A DNA stretch of 63,261 nucleotides, filler included, from Octopus bimaculoides (GCF_001194135.2; 5 parts of 5 records of this genome joined end to end with filler, not necessarily neighbours in it); one strand, 5' to 3'; counted from the whole stretch's first letter, positions 1 through 13,203 are shown. The notes: generated from the letters alone by a model not told the origin. Program-made: numbers and translations.

Positions 1-380
1 AATCCTTTCTACTAATGATACAAGGCCTGAAATTTAGTGAGAAGGGACTAGTCGACCCCTAAAGGATGAAAGGCAAAGTCGACATCGACGGAATTTGAAC
101 TCTGGACGTAGCGACAGGCGAAATACTGCTGAAGATCTCGTCCGGCGTGCTAGCGATTCTTATTTCTTTATTGCCCACAAGGGACTAAACATAGAGGGGA
201 CAAACAAAGACAGACAAAGGGATTAAGTCGATTACATCGACCCCAATGCGTAACTGGTACTTAATTTATCGATCCTAAAGGATGAAACGCAAAGTCGACA
301 TCGGCGGAATTTGAACTCAGGACGTGGCGACAGGCGAAATATCAATTTCTTTATTGCCCACCAGGGGCTAAACATAGAAA
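1..380 (-). mobile_element. Two tandem partial copies of SINE family B
   Basis: AAGGATGAAAGGCAAAGTCGACATCG.CGGAATTTGAACTC.GGACGT.GCGACAGGCGAAATA occurs at about 61-125 and 277-342. It is the reverse complement of the family B head and central block seen at 3549 and 19721. Confidence 0.8.
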
Positions 381-1356
381 TGGACAGAACCATTGATGAG
401 ATCAGTAAATCGGTATGATTTTACATAAAATATGACTTTTAAAAATTAAATGAAATATATTAAAAATCGAATGAACTTAACAATACAGGGACAATACAAA
501 TGAAGCGATGATCAGGCCACGCTCCGACCCCACAAGCCCCGATCTATCGCTGATACCTTTTTTGTTCTTTTTTTCCGTCTATTCACACGATTCCTTACAC
601 GCACAGCACTCGTGCAACATGCTTTCATCTCTTTTGGAACGTACACTCCGACAGACATCTCTTCTCCAGCCACACCTTCCTTTTCAAATGAGTATATATA
701 TATACTAGTATATATTTTGTACATATCAGCCTGCGGGCGAAATACAATGAGGTTGCGGGCTCAATTGCGCCTGCAGGCGGGGTTTTCCCCACCCCTGCTC
801 TTTACTTTTGTTGAGTACAAATTTGCATACGAGAATGTTGTTGACAGTTTCGGCCATCGTCGGACTCTCTGTGTGCATATTTTTTTTTTATTTTTCGATT
901 CTTTTACTTGTTTCGGTCATTTAACTNNNNNNNNNNNNNNNNNNNNNNNNNNNNNNNNNNNNNNNNNNNNNNNNNNNNNNNNNNNNNNNNNNNNNNNNNN
1001 NNNNNNNNNNNNNNNNNNNNNNNNNNNNNNNNNNNNNNNNNNNNNNNNNNNNNNNNNNNNNNNNNNNNNNNNNNNNNNNNNNNNNNNNNNNNNNNNNNNN
1101 NNNNNNNNNNNNNNNNNNNNNNNNNNNNNNNNNNNNNNNNNNNNNNNNNNNNNNNNNNNNNNNNNNNNNNNNNNNNNNNNNNNNNNNNNNNNNNNNNNNN
1201 NNNNNNNATGCACACATACTTATTTCTCTTGCACTCTCTTGTCTTTGAAAAGAGCTTTTCCTCCACTCTTTCCCTTCCGGTCATTCCAATTTGTGACCGC
1301 GTGTGCATCGTTGGCGATTTTCTTTCTCTGTCTTTCCTTCTTTGGACTTTTCCTAT

Positions 1357-1391
1357 ATTTCTGACGAAGATCTCCAATCGAAACGTTAAAT
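1357..1391 (+). ncRNA. Minimal type I hammerhead ribozyme motif
   Basis: ATTT-CTGACGA-A-GAT(ctcca)ATC-GAA-ACGT-T-AAAT. Stem I ATTT/AAAT, intact CUGANGA and GAAA boxes, stem II GAT/ATC, palindromic stem III ACGT, GUU triplet. Folded by eye. Confidence 0.65.
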
Positions 1392-1496
1392 CCTCTTTCT
1401 TTTCTTTCCTTTCCTGAGCGTCCAATAACACTGTACTTATTCCACGTCCTCGAGTTGTTTTTTCGTGTTTTTTTCTTGCTTGTTCACGTTTAAATT

Positions 1497-1539
<43 letters not shown>

Positions 1540-1930
1540 ACATAATATAAATAATACATATATGCATATATACACACGTGCATGTACAAGCCTACATATA
1601 TATTTATATATACAAGCATATATGGGTACAGGACGTCAAAAAAACGTGAACAAAATGAGAAATGAGAGCATAAAAAGCAAACGTATAAAAAACGTTTTTT
1701 CGAACAACGAAAGAAACAGAGAAATGAGACAGGCAACATAAAGAACATTCCCTTCATCAGTTGTCCCCTGTTTTATCTACTCCGCGTTTACATATACGTG
1801 TATGTGTGTACGATGGGCTTCTTTCAGTTTCCGTCTAACAAATCCTCTCACAAGGCTTTGGTTGGCCCGAGGCTACAGTAGAAGACACTTGCCAAGGTAT
1901 TATACAGTGGGACTGAACCCGAAACGATTT

Positions 1931-1969
<39 letters not shown>

Positions 1970-1985
1970 ATACATATGTATATTG

Positions 1986-2350
1986 TTTTACTTGTTTCAG
2001 TCATTCTGACTGCGGCCATGCTAGAGCACCGCCTTAAAGTGTTTGCGTCGAAGAACTCAATCCCAGGCCTTATTCTTTGCAAGCCTAGTACTTATTCTAT
2101 CGGCTCTTTTGCCGAACCGCTTGGTTACGGGGACATAAACACACCAGCGTCAATTGTCAAGCGATGTCGGATGTACAGACACAAACATATGCACACATAA
2201 ATATATACATATATATACAGCGGTCTTCTTTCAGTTTCCGCCTACCAAATCCACTCACAAGGCTTTGGTCGGCCAGGGACTATAGAAGACACTTGCCCAA
2301 GGTGTCATGCAATGGGACTCAATTCAGAACCATGTAGTTGGGAAGCAAGC

Positions 2351-2356
<6 letters not shown>
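1986..2356 (-). mobile_element. tRNA-headed SINE family A, near full length
   Basis: The hallmark blocks TTTTACTTGTTTCAGTCATT, GCCGAACCGCT..GTTACGGGGAC and CAAATCCACTCACAAGGCTTTGG recur in many copies across the window. A further partial copy lies at about 1810-1932. Confidence 0.85.
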
Positions 2357-2385
<29 letters not shown>

Positions 2386-3481
2386 GTTTATGATGATTTC
2401 GATCGGCTTTAATAAAAAGCATATTACTCTACCTTTGGGATTCGAGTACTAATTCTTTTCACTTTGTTCTGCATTTATGTGCTTCCTTGTGTACGAATAC
2501 CCGCACACACGACAAGCTTTTTTCAGTCTCCGACTACCAAATTCATTCACTAGGATTTGGTCCACGCCCGGGCTATAGTAGCTGGCACCTGTGCAAGGAG
2601 GTCGCACAGTGGGACTGAACTTAGGACCGCATGGTTGGGAAGGTATCTTTTTACCACACAACCATACCTCAAGTTTAGAAAACAGAAGAGAAAGCGCAAT
2701 ATATATGTAGATTACGTAGATATATACAGATTAAAAACAACAACAATAATAATCCTTTCTACTAAAGGCACAAAGCCTAAATTTTGGGGGCGGGGATAAG
2801 TCGATTACATCGACCTTAGTACTCAATTGATACTAACTTATTGACCNNNNNNNNNNNNNNNNNNNNNNNNNNNNNNNNNNNNNNNNNNNNNNNNNNNNNN
2901 NNNNNNNNNNNNNNNNNNNNNNNNNNNNNNNNNNNNNNNNNNNNNNNNNNNNNNNNNNNNNNNNNNNNNNNNNNNNNNNNNNNNNNNNNNNNNNNNNNNN
3001 NNNNNNNNNNNNNNNNNNNNNNNNAGAGAGAGAGAGAGAGAGAGAGAGAAAGAAAGAAACGAAGGAAGGAAGACAGAAAGGAAGGAAGAAGTAAAGAAAG
3101 AAAAAGGAAAGACAGAGACAGAGAGAGAGGCGGGGAGGGTGAGCAAAAAAAGAAAGAAAAGAAAAAAAGAAGGAAAGAAAGAAAATAGGAGAGGAAGGAA
3201 GAAAGAAATTGTGAAGGGGTCGAAAATACAGAAAACTTATTTAATGCATGACGCAGATAGAGTAAGGGATCCGAAGTAAGGAAAAGGGCGAATGAAGGAT
3301 TCAATAAATGAGAGATGTAGATAAAAAAAAAAGTCCAAGAGAGATAAGAATAACGGATCAGATACCTACGAGGAGGTTGCTTCAGTGGCTCGCAAGAAAA
3401 TTGCTTGCTGTTGCTGATGTTTGCGTTGTTGCTGGTAGTGTTGCTGTTGTCGCTCTTGCTGCTATTATTTAGCCACAGGTA

Positions 3482-3765
3482 GGCGGCGAGCAGGCAGAAT
3501 CGTTAGCGCACCAGTCGAAATGCTTAAGCGGCATTTCATCTGTCTTAAGGCGGCGAGCTGGAAGAATCGTAAGCACGCCAGGCGAAATGCTTAGCGGTAT
3601 TTCGTCTGCCGCTAACGTTCTGAGTTCAAATTCCGCCGAGGTCGACTTTGCCTTTCATCCTTTCGGGGTCGACAAATTAAATACCAGTGAAACACTGAGG
3701 TCGATGTAATCAACTTATCCCCGACCCCCGAATTGCTGGCCTTGTGCTAAAATTTGAAATCATGA
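3482..3765 (+). mobile_element. SINE family B: partial head plus a full copy
   Basis: GGCGGCGAGCTGG.AGAATCG (A-box-like), GAGTTCAAATTCC (B-box), central GACTTTGCCTTTCATCCTTTCGGGGTCGA block, then an ATT-rich tail. Confidence 0.85.
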
Positions 3766-4497
3766 TTATTATTATTATTATTATCATTAATATAGGGGCA
3801 AACTGGCAGATCCATTAGTGTAATGGACAAAATGCTTTGTTGCATATCATTTGTCTTACATTCTGAGTTCAAACTCCACCAAGGTGGGATTCGAGTACTA
3901 ATTTTTTCCACTTTGTTCTGCATTTATGTGCTTCCTTGTGTGCGAATACCCTGACACACTACAAGCTTCTTTCAGTTTCCAACTACCAAATTCATTCGAT
4001 TTTGTCGACGCCCGGGCTATAGTAGCTGGCACCTGCGCAAGGAGGCCGTGCAGTGGGACTGAACCTGGGACCGCATGGTTGGGAAGGAATCTTTTTTACC
4101 ACACAACCACGTCTCAAGTTTAGAAAACAGAAGAGAAAGCGCAATATCTAATGTAGATTGTGTAGATTCTCTTTTGTACGTATCTATGTGGGAGTGCCAA
4201 TGTATCTGTGTTTGTCCCCTCATCACCGCTTGACATTCCATATTGGTGTGTTTGCATCCCCGTAACTTAGCGGTTCAACAAGAGAGACTTTGTCTTTCAT
4301 CCTTTCGGGGTCGATAAATTAAATACCAGTGAAACACTGGGTCGATGTAATCGACTAGTCCTCTCACCACAAATTTGGGGCTTTGTGCCTCCAACAGAAA
4401 GGATTATTTAGCCACAGGTGACATCTGTTCGAGCAGATCTAAGATGAAAAAACATATTCTATGATAGTCAGCTTGTTTATATATTTCTTTGGTTATT

Positions 4498-4528
<31 letters not shown>

Positions 4529-4530
4529 GT

Positions 4531-4919
4531 GGAGGCGCAATGGCCCAGTGGTTAGGACAGCGGACTCGCGGTCATAGGATCGCGGTTTCGATTCCCAGAC
4601 CGGGTGTTGTGAGTGTTTATTGAGCGAAAACAGCTAAAGCTCCACGAGGCTTCGGCAGGGAATGGTGGCGAACCCTGCTGTACTCTTTCACCACAACTTT
4701 CTCTTACTCTTACTTCCTGTTTCTATTGTGCCTGTAATTCAAAGGGTCAGCCTTGTCACACTGAGTCACCCTGAATATCCCTGAGAACTACGTTAAGGGT
4801 ACACGTGTCTGTGGAGTGCTCAGCCACTTGCACGTTAATTTCACAAGCAGGCTGTTCCGTTGATCGGATCAACTGGAACCCTCGACGTCGTAAGCGACGG
4901 AGTGCCAACAACAACAACA
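4531..4919 (+). mobile_element. tRNA-derived SINE family C, full length, inserted in (ATCT)n
   Basis: A box TGGCCCAGTGGTTAG, B box GGTTTCGATTCC and an (AAC)n tail, with ATCT repeats on both flanks. A second copy lies at 42704. Confidence 0.85.
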
Positions 4920-5536
4920 TCTATCTATCTATCTGATATGAAAACAATAGCGAGTTGTAAGAATGAGATTTGTCTAACGTTTCTTTCTGGCAGAACCGCC
5001 CTGTAAAGGCGGCCTGAGTTATTGAACAGAAGGTGTAGAGTTTTTTTTTATTACATAATACATTCTTAGATAAATGCTTTGCGGTAGATGTCAAATACCA
5101 TTTTACCGGTGCGAAATTATTTATCAGTCAACCTGTCAGGTGGTGTCAGGTTAATATTATACCATAGTACGTACAATCATTCAATGCTTGGAAACCATGG
5201 ATTAGCCAGGTTTAACAATAAATCATATACAAAAGCAACGATGAACGTTATCTTTACGAAACGATGAATATCGCTGGAACATTTCGGTTACACATGTGTT
5301 TATGTGTGTATGTGTGCAAGTGCGTATGTTTTATCTATATCTTTTACTTGTTTCAGTCATTAGACTACGGTCATGCTGAGGCACGGCCTTGAAGAATTTT
5401 AGTCGAACGAATCGACCTCAGTATTTACTTCTTCGTTTAAAGCCTGGTACTTATTCTATCCGTTTTTATGCCGAACCACTAAGTTACGAAGAGGCAAATA
5501 TACCAACATGCGTTGTCAAGCAGCAGGGGAGGACAC

Positions 5537-5580
<44 letters not shown>

Positions 5581-6385
5581 TATATATATATATATATATA
5601 TATAAATAATATATGAGTATATGCATATATATGTACATGTATGTACATACCTTCATCTACATGTATATATAGATGCATATCTGGGTACATGACGTTGCAA
5701 AAAAANNNNNNNNNNNNNNNNNNNNNNNNNNNNNNNNNNNNNNNNNNNNNNNNNNNNNNNNNNNNNNNNNNNNNNNNNNNNNNNNNNNNNNNNNNNNNNN
5801 NNNNNNNNNNNNNNNNNNNNNNNNNNNNNNNNNNNNNNNNNNNNNNNNNNNNNNNNNNNNNNNNNNNNNNNNNNNNNNNNNNNNNNNNNNNNNNNNNNNN
5901 NNNNNNNNNNNNNNNNNNNNNNNNNNNNNNNNNNNNNNNNNNNNNNNNNNNNNNNNNNNNNNNNNNNNNNNNNNNNNNNNNNNNNNNNNNNNNNNNNNNN
6001 NNNNNNNNNNNNNNNNNNNNNNNNNNNNNNNNNNNNNNNNNNNNNNNNNNNNNNNNNNNNNNNNNNNNNNNNNNNNNNNNNNNNNNNNNNNNNNNNNNNN
6101 NNNNNNNNNNNNNNNNNNNNNNNNNNNNNNNNNNNNNNNNNNNNNNNNNNNNNNNNNNNNNNNNNNNNNNNNNNNNNNNNNNNNNNNNNNNNNNNNNNNN
6201 NNNNNNNNNNNNNNNNNNNNNNNNNNNNNNNNNNNNNNNNNNNNNNNNNNNNNNNNNNNNNNNNNNNNNNNNNNNNNNNNNNNNNNNNNNNNNNNNNNNN
6301 NNNNNNNNNNNNNNNNNNNNNNNNNNNNNNNATACATACATACATATATACATATATATACATTACACACACATACATATCCGCG

Positions 6386-6660
6386 TGAGTGGGTTTGGTA
6401 GACGGAAACTGAAGAGAAGCTCTTCGTATATATATGTATGTATCTATGTGGGAGTGCCAATGTATCTGTGTTTGTCCCCTCATCACCGCTTGACATTCCA
6501 TATTGGTTTGTTTGCGTCCCAGTAACTTAGCGGTTCAACAAAAGAGGCCTTAAGGTTTAGAACAATAAAGCTAGGGTCGATTTGTTCAACAAAAACTCCA
6601 CAAGGCGGTTCTTCAGAATGGCTACAATCAAATAACTGAAAAAAGAAAAAGAATAAAAGA
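6386..6660 (+). mobile_element. SINE family A, 3' part
   Basis: GTGAGTGGGTTTGGTAGACGGAAACTGAA ... GTAACTTAGCGGTTC ... GGGTCGATTTGTTC. Confidence 0.75.
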
Positions 6661-8724
6661 ATATGTATATATGTATATTTGTATACATGCATACACACAT
6701 ACATACATACATACATACATGCATGCATGCATGCATGCATACATATATGTAGTGGCAGAAATAGAGGTTTGAAAGATTGTAAAAACGGCTAGTGGGAAAA
6801 AAGCTTCAGCAAAGTAACACTGAACAACAATATGGTAATGTTCACGACAAACACGACAATACAAACATACATATGCACACGCTGTATGGTAATACAAACA
6901 GCTTTATGCCGTTGTAGGTTATAGATTATTATAAACCGAAGCAATTCTCCCACGGCTGACACACTTTTTGTTGTGTGTTCAATCCTCGATTAATTCTCAG
7001 AGAAAGATCATGCAAACAAACGATGTTTAGTTGTGCTTTAGAACATTTTTGTTCTTAAATAAAATGAGGGGAACAACATACCTGTTTAGTTATATGCACC
7101 TCCACCTTTTGTGTTCAAATCTCATCGAAATCAACTTATTCTTTTAAGTTTCTGGGGTCGGTCTTCTCGAATCTGACCATTCCCACACAAAATCACGGTG
7201 TCCTTGTGCTTATCTGAGAAAGTTAGCGCTCTGACTTTTTCATAACTGCCTTCCCCGTTTCTTTTCGTTCTGAGTTTAAATGCCATTGATGTCAACTTTA
7301 CATACCATCTATTTGGGAGTCGATGAAATAAGTACCAGTCAAATACTGGGCCGATGTAATCGACTTACATTCTCTCTCTCTCTCTCTCTGCAATTGACAG
7401 CATTATGTCAAAATTCGAGACTATTATTTATGAAGGACAAAAGACAACTTGTTATATCCTTATATCCTTCTTCTTCCTCTTCTTGGTAATGTTTGATTTT
7501 CAGCTAGATACTCTGTAGGCCGGAGATAGTGTTTTGAAGAAAAAAGTTTTAAAACGAAAGGAATTTTGGGGAGGAATTTAATTTTAGTGAAGACTGAAGG
7601 ACTAAGCAAAGTGGTAGAATCGTTAGTGCATCCGATAGTATGCATTGCATTATTCATCCCAACCCTTTGTCAGTTGCGTTCAATTTTCTTCGAGATTAGA
7701 CAATTAATTAATCATTTTACATTCTAACATTGTGTACGCTTTCCGACAAATAAAAGGGAGATAATAATTTCTTCATACCATTTGGCCGAATTTGAAGTTT
7801 GAATATGAAATTAGGAAATACGAAGAAAGATGCAAAGAAGAAACTTTTGTTTATTTATTTGTTTGTTGCTCACGTATTTTGAAATTTCTAGCCAGTGGTA
7901 ATCATGTATAGCACCATTTCATTCTTTATAGAAATCATCAGCATGACATAACACAGTATATTAATTATAAAATTTTATGAAACAAGATATTTCTTATTAG
8001 TGGGGTAGAGACAAGGAAAAGAAATATATAATAATAGCGTCACACCTATTTTAGAAACAAAAGTAAAATTAAGTCTTAAAATTTGTTTACTGCTACCCTG
8101 ACTCAAGACAGTTTTTCGAATTTTAAATCTTATGAAAATTATGTCGTTTTTAGGGTGGGGTTTCAATTATTTTCTCTATTTTATTCTCATGTGTGTGCCT
8201 TAACGAGGGGACAAAGAAATACAGTCTTTTTTTTGTTTTTTTTTTGGCCTGTTATTCCAACTTTGATTTTCTTCCTACGCTGCTACTATGCAAAAGGAAA
8301 AAACCCAAAACGGATTGGATACATTCATCTTCATGTGTGGTTCTATCGATACATTTGTTTTGCTCTTTCTACAACTCTTTGTGATTCGAAATGAGAGAAA
8401 AGAAAACTTTCTTCCTTTCTAAAATACGTAAATATAAAAATATTTCGTTGCTCATATTTCGTTGCTCATATTACATATTACACCGACGAGGCAAGTTATG
8501 CTGAAATAGGATGTCAGGAGATACAGAATGATCAAGAAATATTAAATTTTAAATACATACACTTAATATGAGCCATACACTTATGAACAAAAAAATATTC
8601 ACGTTTCTCTCTCTTATACAAAAATACATGAACGAGTCATCAGTGTTTCTGTTTATATATTTGTATACGAAGCAGTTAAATGCACATTTCAATTAAACTA
8701 TTAATCTATTCATGTAATACCCCA

Positions 8725-8782
<58 letters not shown>

Positions 8783-9086
8783 TACACTTGTGTTTATATA
8801 CATACATGCATGTATTGATACACACACACACATATGCATACTTGTGTTTATACACACACACACGCACACGCACACACACACACACACACACACATACACA
8901 CAAACACACACACGCATGTATATATGTACGTATGTATGTATATTACACGCGTCATTAGTATATCCATCAATCATTCTTCATGTCTTATTTTTTGCGGAAA
9001 TTTTACAAAATAGTGAAATCACGTTCCTCTCGTACTGGATTTTGTGCACATACTTAATATATTCATAGACACACACTTACATATAA

Positions 9087-9117
<31 letters not shown>

Positions 9118-9143
9118 CATCATGCATGCATACATACATAAAT

Positions 9144-9176
<33 letters not shown>

Positions 9177-9389
9177 TACATACATACATACATACATACA
9201 TAAGGTGTCTAAGTATGAATGAAAATACATATATACACACATATTTATAAGTGTATATATGTATATATATCAACCACGTGTGCTTTCTTCTTCCACCTCT
9301 TCTTTCTGTCTTTCCGTCTTTCTTGAATTCTTTCCTTTTCTTTAAGAAATCTGCCGTGGTCAGACTTGGAGCTAAATAACAGTTTTTTG

Positions 9390-10210
9390 TTTTACTTGTT
9401 TCAGTCATTTGACTGCGACCATGCTGGAGCACCACCTTAAAGGGTTTTTTAATCGAAGTGTAGAACTAATTCTATCAGTCTCTTTTTGCCGAACCGCTAA
9501 GTTACGGTGACGCAAACACACCAACATTTGTTGTCAAGAGATGGTGGTGGGGTGGGGGACAAACAAATACAAAGACATACAGCGGGTTTCTTCCAGTTTC
9601 CGTCTACCAGATCCACTCACAAGGCTTTGGTCGGCCCGAGGCTATAGGAGAAGACACCTTCCCAAAATGCCACGCGGTAAAAAAAATCTAGTCTTAAAAT
9701 ACTAATTTGTGTACTGGAATAATTTGGTGAGTTGAATATATACAAAATGGTAGGAGTTACCAGGTATCCAAACATTGGTTGTCAATATAAGCAACTAAAC
9801 AAGCGATGTGTCACCACTGTTTCGTGAAGTCTAAAAATGTCCAGAGCATGGCGCGTAACACGACGGTATTTTTATGATTTCATTATGAATTGAAAAATAA
9901 GACAAGTCAAGGCATGTATGTGTGTGTATATGTGTGTGTGTTTGTATACTTATGTATATATATATTTTTTTATTTTTGCTTCAGTCATAGGACTTCGGCC
10001 ATACTGGAGCACGACCTTGACGGGTTTAGTCGAACAAATAAATAATAGTGCTTATTTATAATTCAGGTACTTATTTTAACGATGTCTTTTACCAAGCCGC
10101 TAAGTTACAACGACGTAAGCAAAACAACACCGACTGCTACGCAGTAGGAAAGACAAATACAAACATACACACACATACATGTATATATACAACAGGCTTC
10201 CTCACAGTTT
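9390..10210 (-). mobile_element. Two decayed SINE family A copies (about 9390-9680 and 9975-10210)
   Basis: TTTACTTGTTTCAGTCATTTGACTGCG, GCCGAACCGCTAAGTTACGG and CCACTCACAAGGCTTTGGTCGGCCCGAGGCTATA blocks. Confidence 0.75.
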
Positions 10211-10229
10211 CTTTCAAAATACAAAGAAT

Positions 10230-10538
10230 CTTTCAAAATACAAAGACCTGGAAATAGAGGTAACTCGAATGTGGAGTCTAAAAACAGAAACAATTCCTAT
10301 CATAGTGCGCACATTGGGTATGATAAAAAATATTCAAACAAATACATAACAAAAACACCAGGGCTTACAAATATATATTACATACAGAAAATTGCACTAC
10401 TGGGCACTGCGCACATCCTACGTAAAACACTTTCAATACAGTAACCATAAGAGCATCACAGCAAACTACAGCACATACCCAAGGCACACAGAGCTGCGCT
10501 CGGTAGTGAAGTGAAAGCACGTTATAAAAATAAGATTA

Positions 10539-10541
<3 letters not shown>
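10230..10541 (+). mobile_element. R4/Dong-type RLE non-LTR retrotransposon, 5'-truncated 3' end
   Basis: Translates (frameshifted) as LSKYKDLEIEVTRMWSLKTETIPII... and IQKIALLGTAHILRKTLSIQ*, followed by a 3' UTR running into (AAT)n. This is the C-terminal signature of R4/Dong RLE elements. Confidence 0.8.
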
Positions 10542-10597
<56 letters not shown>

Positions 10598-11136
10598 NNN
10601 NNNNNNNNNNNNNNNNNNNNNNNNNNNNNNNNNNNNNNNNNNNNNNNNNNNNNNNNNNNNNNNNNNNNNNNNNNNNNNNNNNNNNNNNNNNNNNNNNNNN
10701 NNNNNNNNNNNNNNNNNNNNNNNNNNNNNNNNNNNNNNNNNNNNNNNNNNNNNNNNNNNNNNNNNNNNNNNNNNNNNNNNNNNNNNNNNNNNNNNNNNNN
10801 NNNNNNNNNNNNNNNNNNNNNNNNNNNNNNNNNNNNNNNNNNNNNNNNNNNNNNNNNNNNNNNNNNNNNNNNNNNNNNNNNNNNNNNNNNNNNNNNNNNN
10901 NNNNNNNNNNNNNNNNNNNNNNNNNNNNNNNNNNNNNNNNNNNNNNNNNNNNNNNNNNNNNNNNNNNNNNNNNNNNNNNNNNNNNNNNNNNNNNNNNNNN
11001 NNNNNNNNNNNNNNNNNNNNNNNNNNNNNNNNNNNNNNNNNNNNNNNNNNNNNNNNNNNNNNNNNNNNNNNNNNNNNNNNNNNNNNNNNNNNNNNNNNNN
11101 NNNNNNNNNNNNNNNNNNNNNNNNNNNNNNNNNNNN

Positions 11137-11365
11137 AACTGCCTATATCCTACGTAAAATAGTGTCTATGTGATCTCAAATTTTAAAGCAAACACATAAT
11201 TTTCTTATGGTTTCTTAAACATTCACTTGAACAAAACTGTACAAATCCAAATATATGGTACCCTAGGCATAACACCTACATGAACTTCTAACTTGTTGTC
11301 TCTTGAGGTCTCTGGGTGAGACTTGGATCCAACTTGTACAAATGCAAAACAAAAGTCAAACATAA
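11137..11365 (+). mobile_element. Second R4/Dong-type 3' end (different 3' UTR)
   Basis: TAYILRKIVSM* directly after the gap. The UTR GAGGTCTCTGGGTGAGACTTGGA ends in an (AAT)n-like tract. Confidence 0.65.
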
Positions 11366-11413
11366 AATAATAATAAAAACAATAACAATAATAATAATCA
11401 TAATAAAAATAAA

Positions 11414-11462
<49 letters not shown>

Positions 11463-12499
11463 GAGAGTCTGTATTTTAATAGCCTACCAATGTATATAGT
11501 GAGTTTCTTTGCCCTAGGTGTCGGGAAGATACACGGCAATAACTGGAAACAAAATTGAAGAAGAAAATAATAACAATAATAACAATAATATATATGTTTG
11601 TATATACGTGTGCATGTATATACATGTATATATAAGGCAAATAAGAAAATAGAGAGGATAATCAATCGACAAACATCAGCCTGTAAACATTCATTTGGAA
11701 CTATTTATTAATTAACTACAATCAAATGTATAAGTAATCAAAATAAACAAATGAAGTAAACAAATAAACAAGTAAATAAATGGATAAATAAAAATCAATA
11801 AATGAATAATAATAAATGAGTGAAAAATACTAATGTATACGTGTATGTGTGTGTATCACTATGTTTGCGTTTGTCCTCCACAACTGCTTTACAACTGATA
11901 GAATAGATACCGATTGAATAAGTACTGGGGTCCTTTTCTTTGTTTAAATCCCGTGAAAGCGGTGCTCCAGCATGGCTGCAGTTCAATGGCTAAACAAGTA
12001 AAAGATAAGAGATAATATACAGGATTAAGCAATCATGTGTATGTATTTTCTTTATTAAGACACTAGGTTAGGATATTTTTATTGGGATATAGTTGCAAGT
12101 AATGCTAAATGTATATATGCTTCGTTGAGGAGTTCAAATAAGACCAAAACATGTCCGTAGATGTCACTCTTCTTGCTGCCTTTCTATTCAAATTCATTTT
12201 GATAAATTTTAATCTTGATTTTCGTCTTTGTTCTTCCGACCCAGCATTGATATTTCATCTGATACTTTTTATGAAGGGACATACACGACAAACGTAGGTT
12301 ATGAAACTGAGTTGCCTGGAAATGAGTCAAACTTTTAAAATTATATATGTAACTCCTGTCAAAAGTGTTTGATTGGAAACTTTTATTTGTGCACTCACTC
12401 GTGCGTAAGTCGTGGCTCTTCGACAGAAAGGAACACAGAAATATATATATATATATATATACTTATATATGTATACACATATGCATATATGGGCACAGG

Positions 12500-13203
12500 A
12501 CACTACAGAACGTAAACAACATGAAATACGAAATACGAAAATATGGAATACGAACTTTTGCGAACAACGAAAGAAAGAAATGGAAAACAAAACAAGCAAC
12601 ATAAAGAACGACCCTTCATCAGTTATTGGCTGTTTTTCTACTCCGTATTTCGAGTAATTTACGACAAGACACGCCTTCGACAAAAACAGTTGCTCCCGCA
12701 AACCAAATTAAATAAAATTTGCGATTTGCGGAGGGTCAAAGTTGGTAACAAAAGCAGAACAATGAAAACAAACAGGAAGGGCTGCTAAGCCTAAATGAGG
12801 TGAAGTGAGGAACGCTTGAGGATTAAGCTCTGACAGGAGAGAGACAAGAATGCATCTGATCCCTGCAGCTGATCGGAAGGAAAGAAATTCAAGTTAGGAA
12901 AAGATAGATGGCCGATGGTCACGTGCGAGCAACGAGAGCAAAGGATGAAGAGTGAGGGAGAGAGGGACAGACAGAGAACGGCGAAGGGGAGAGGAAAAGA
13001 ATTAGAGAAAGGATGAGAGAGAAAAAAACGAAAGGGGAGATAAAAAGAATTAGAGAAAGGAAGAGAGAGGAAACGAAGGGGAGAGGGGAAAGAGAAAGAG
13101 AATTAGAAAGAGATAGATATAGATCGAAACAGAAATTAAGGGTCGCATCGAAATTATCAAGATAAAACTAACTTGGAAATGGATGATTGGCGTTCAATCA
13201 TAT
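12500..13203 (-). mobile_element. Copy of an approximately 650-bp interspersed repeat family (putative non-autonomous, PLE-related)
   Basis: The reverse complement matches 13330-14010 and 26325-26990 in several blocks: CATCCATTTCCAAG, CTCGTTGCTC.CAC.TGACCA and CAACTGATGAAGGG..GTTCTTT.TGTT. The PLE link is inference. Confidence 0.65.

Noticed and set aside
840-872. Minus-strand CCGACGA-TGGCC-GAAACTGTC hammerhead-like string
   Set aside because: Stem II has no room for a loop and no stem I forms adjacent to the cleavage site.
4531-4605. tRNA gene-like sequence (also 42704 and 55850-55925)
   Set aside because: These continue into shared SINE bodies and tails and lack a proper acceptor stem, so they are SINE heads rather than tRNA genes.
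8590-8650. Minus-strand CTGATGA...GAAACGTG
   Set aside because: Position 17 would be G and there is no stem I, so this is probably chance.
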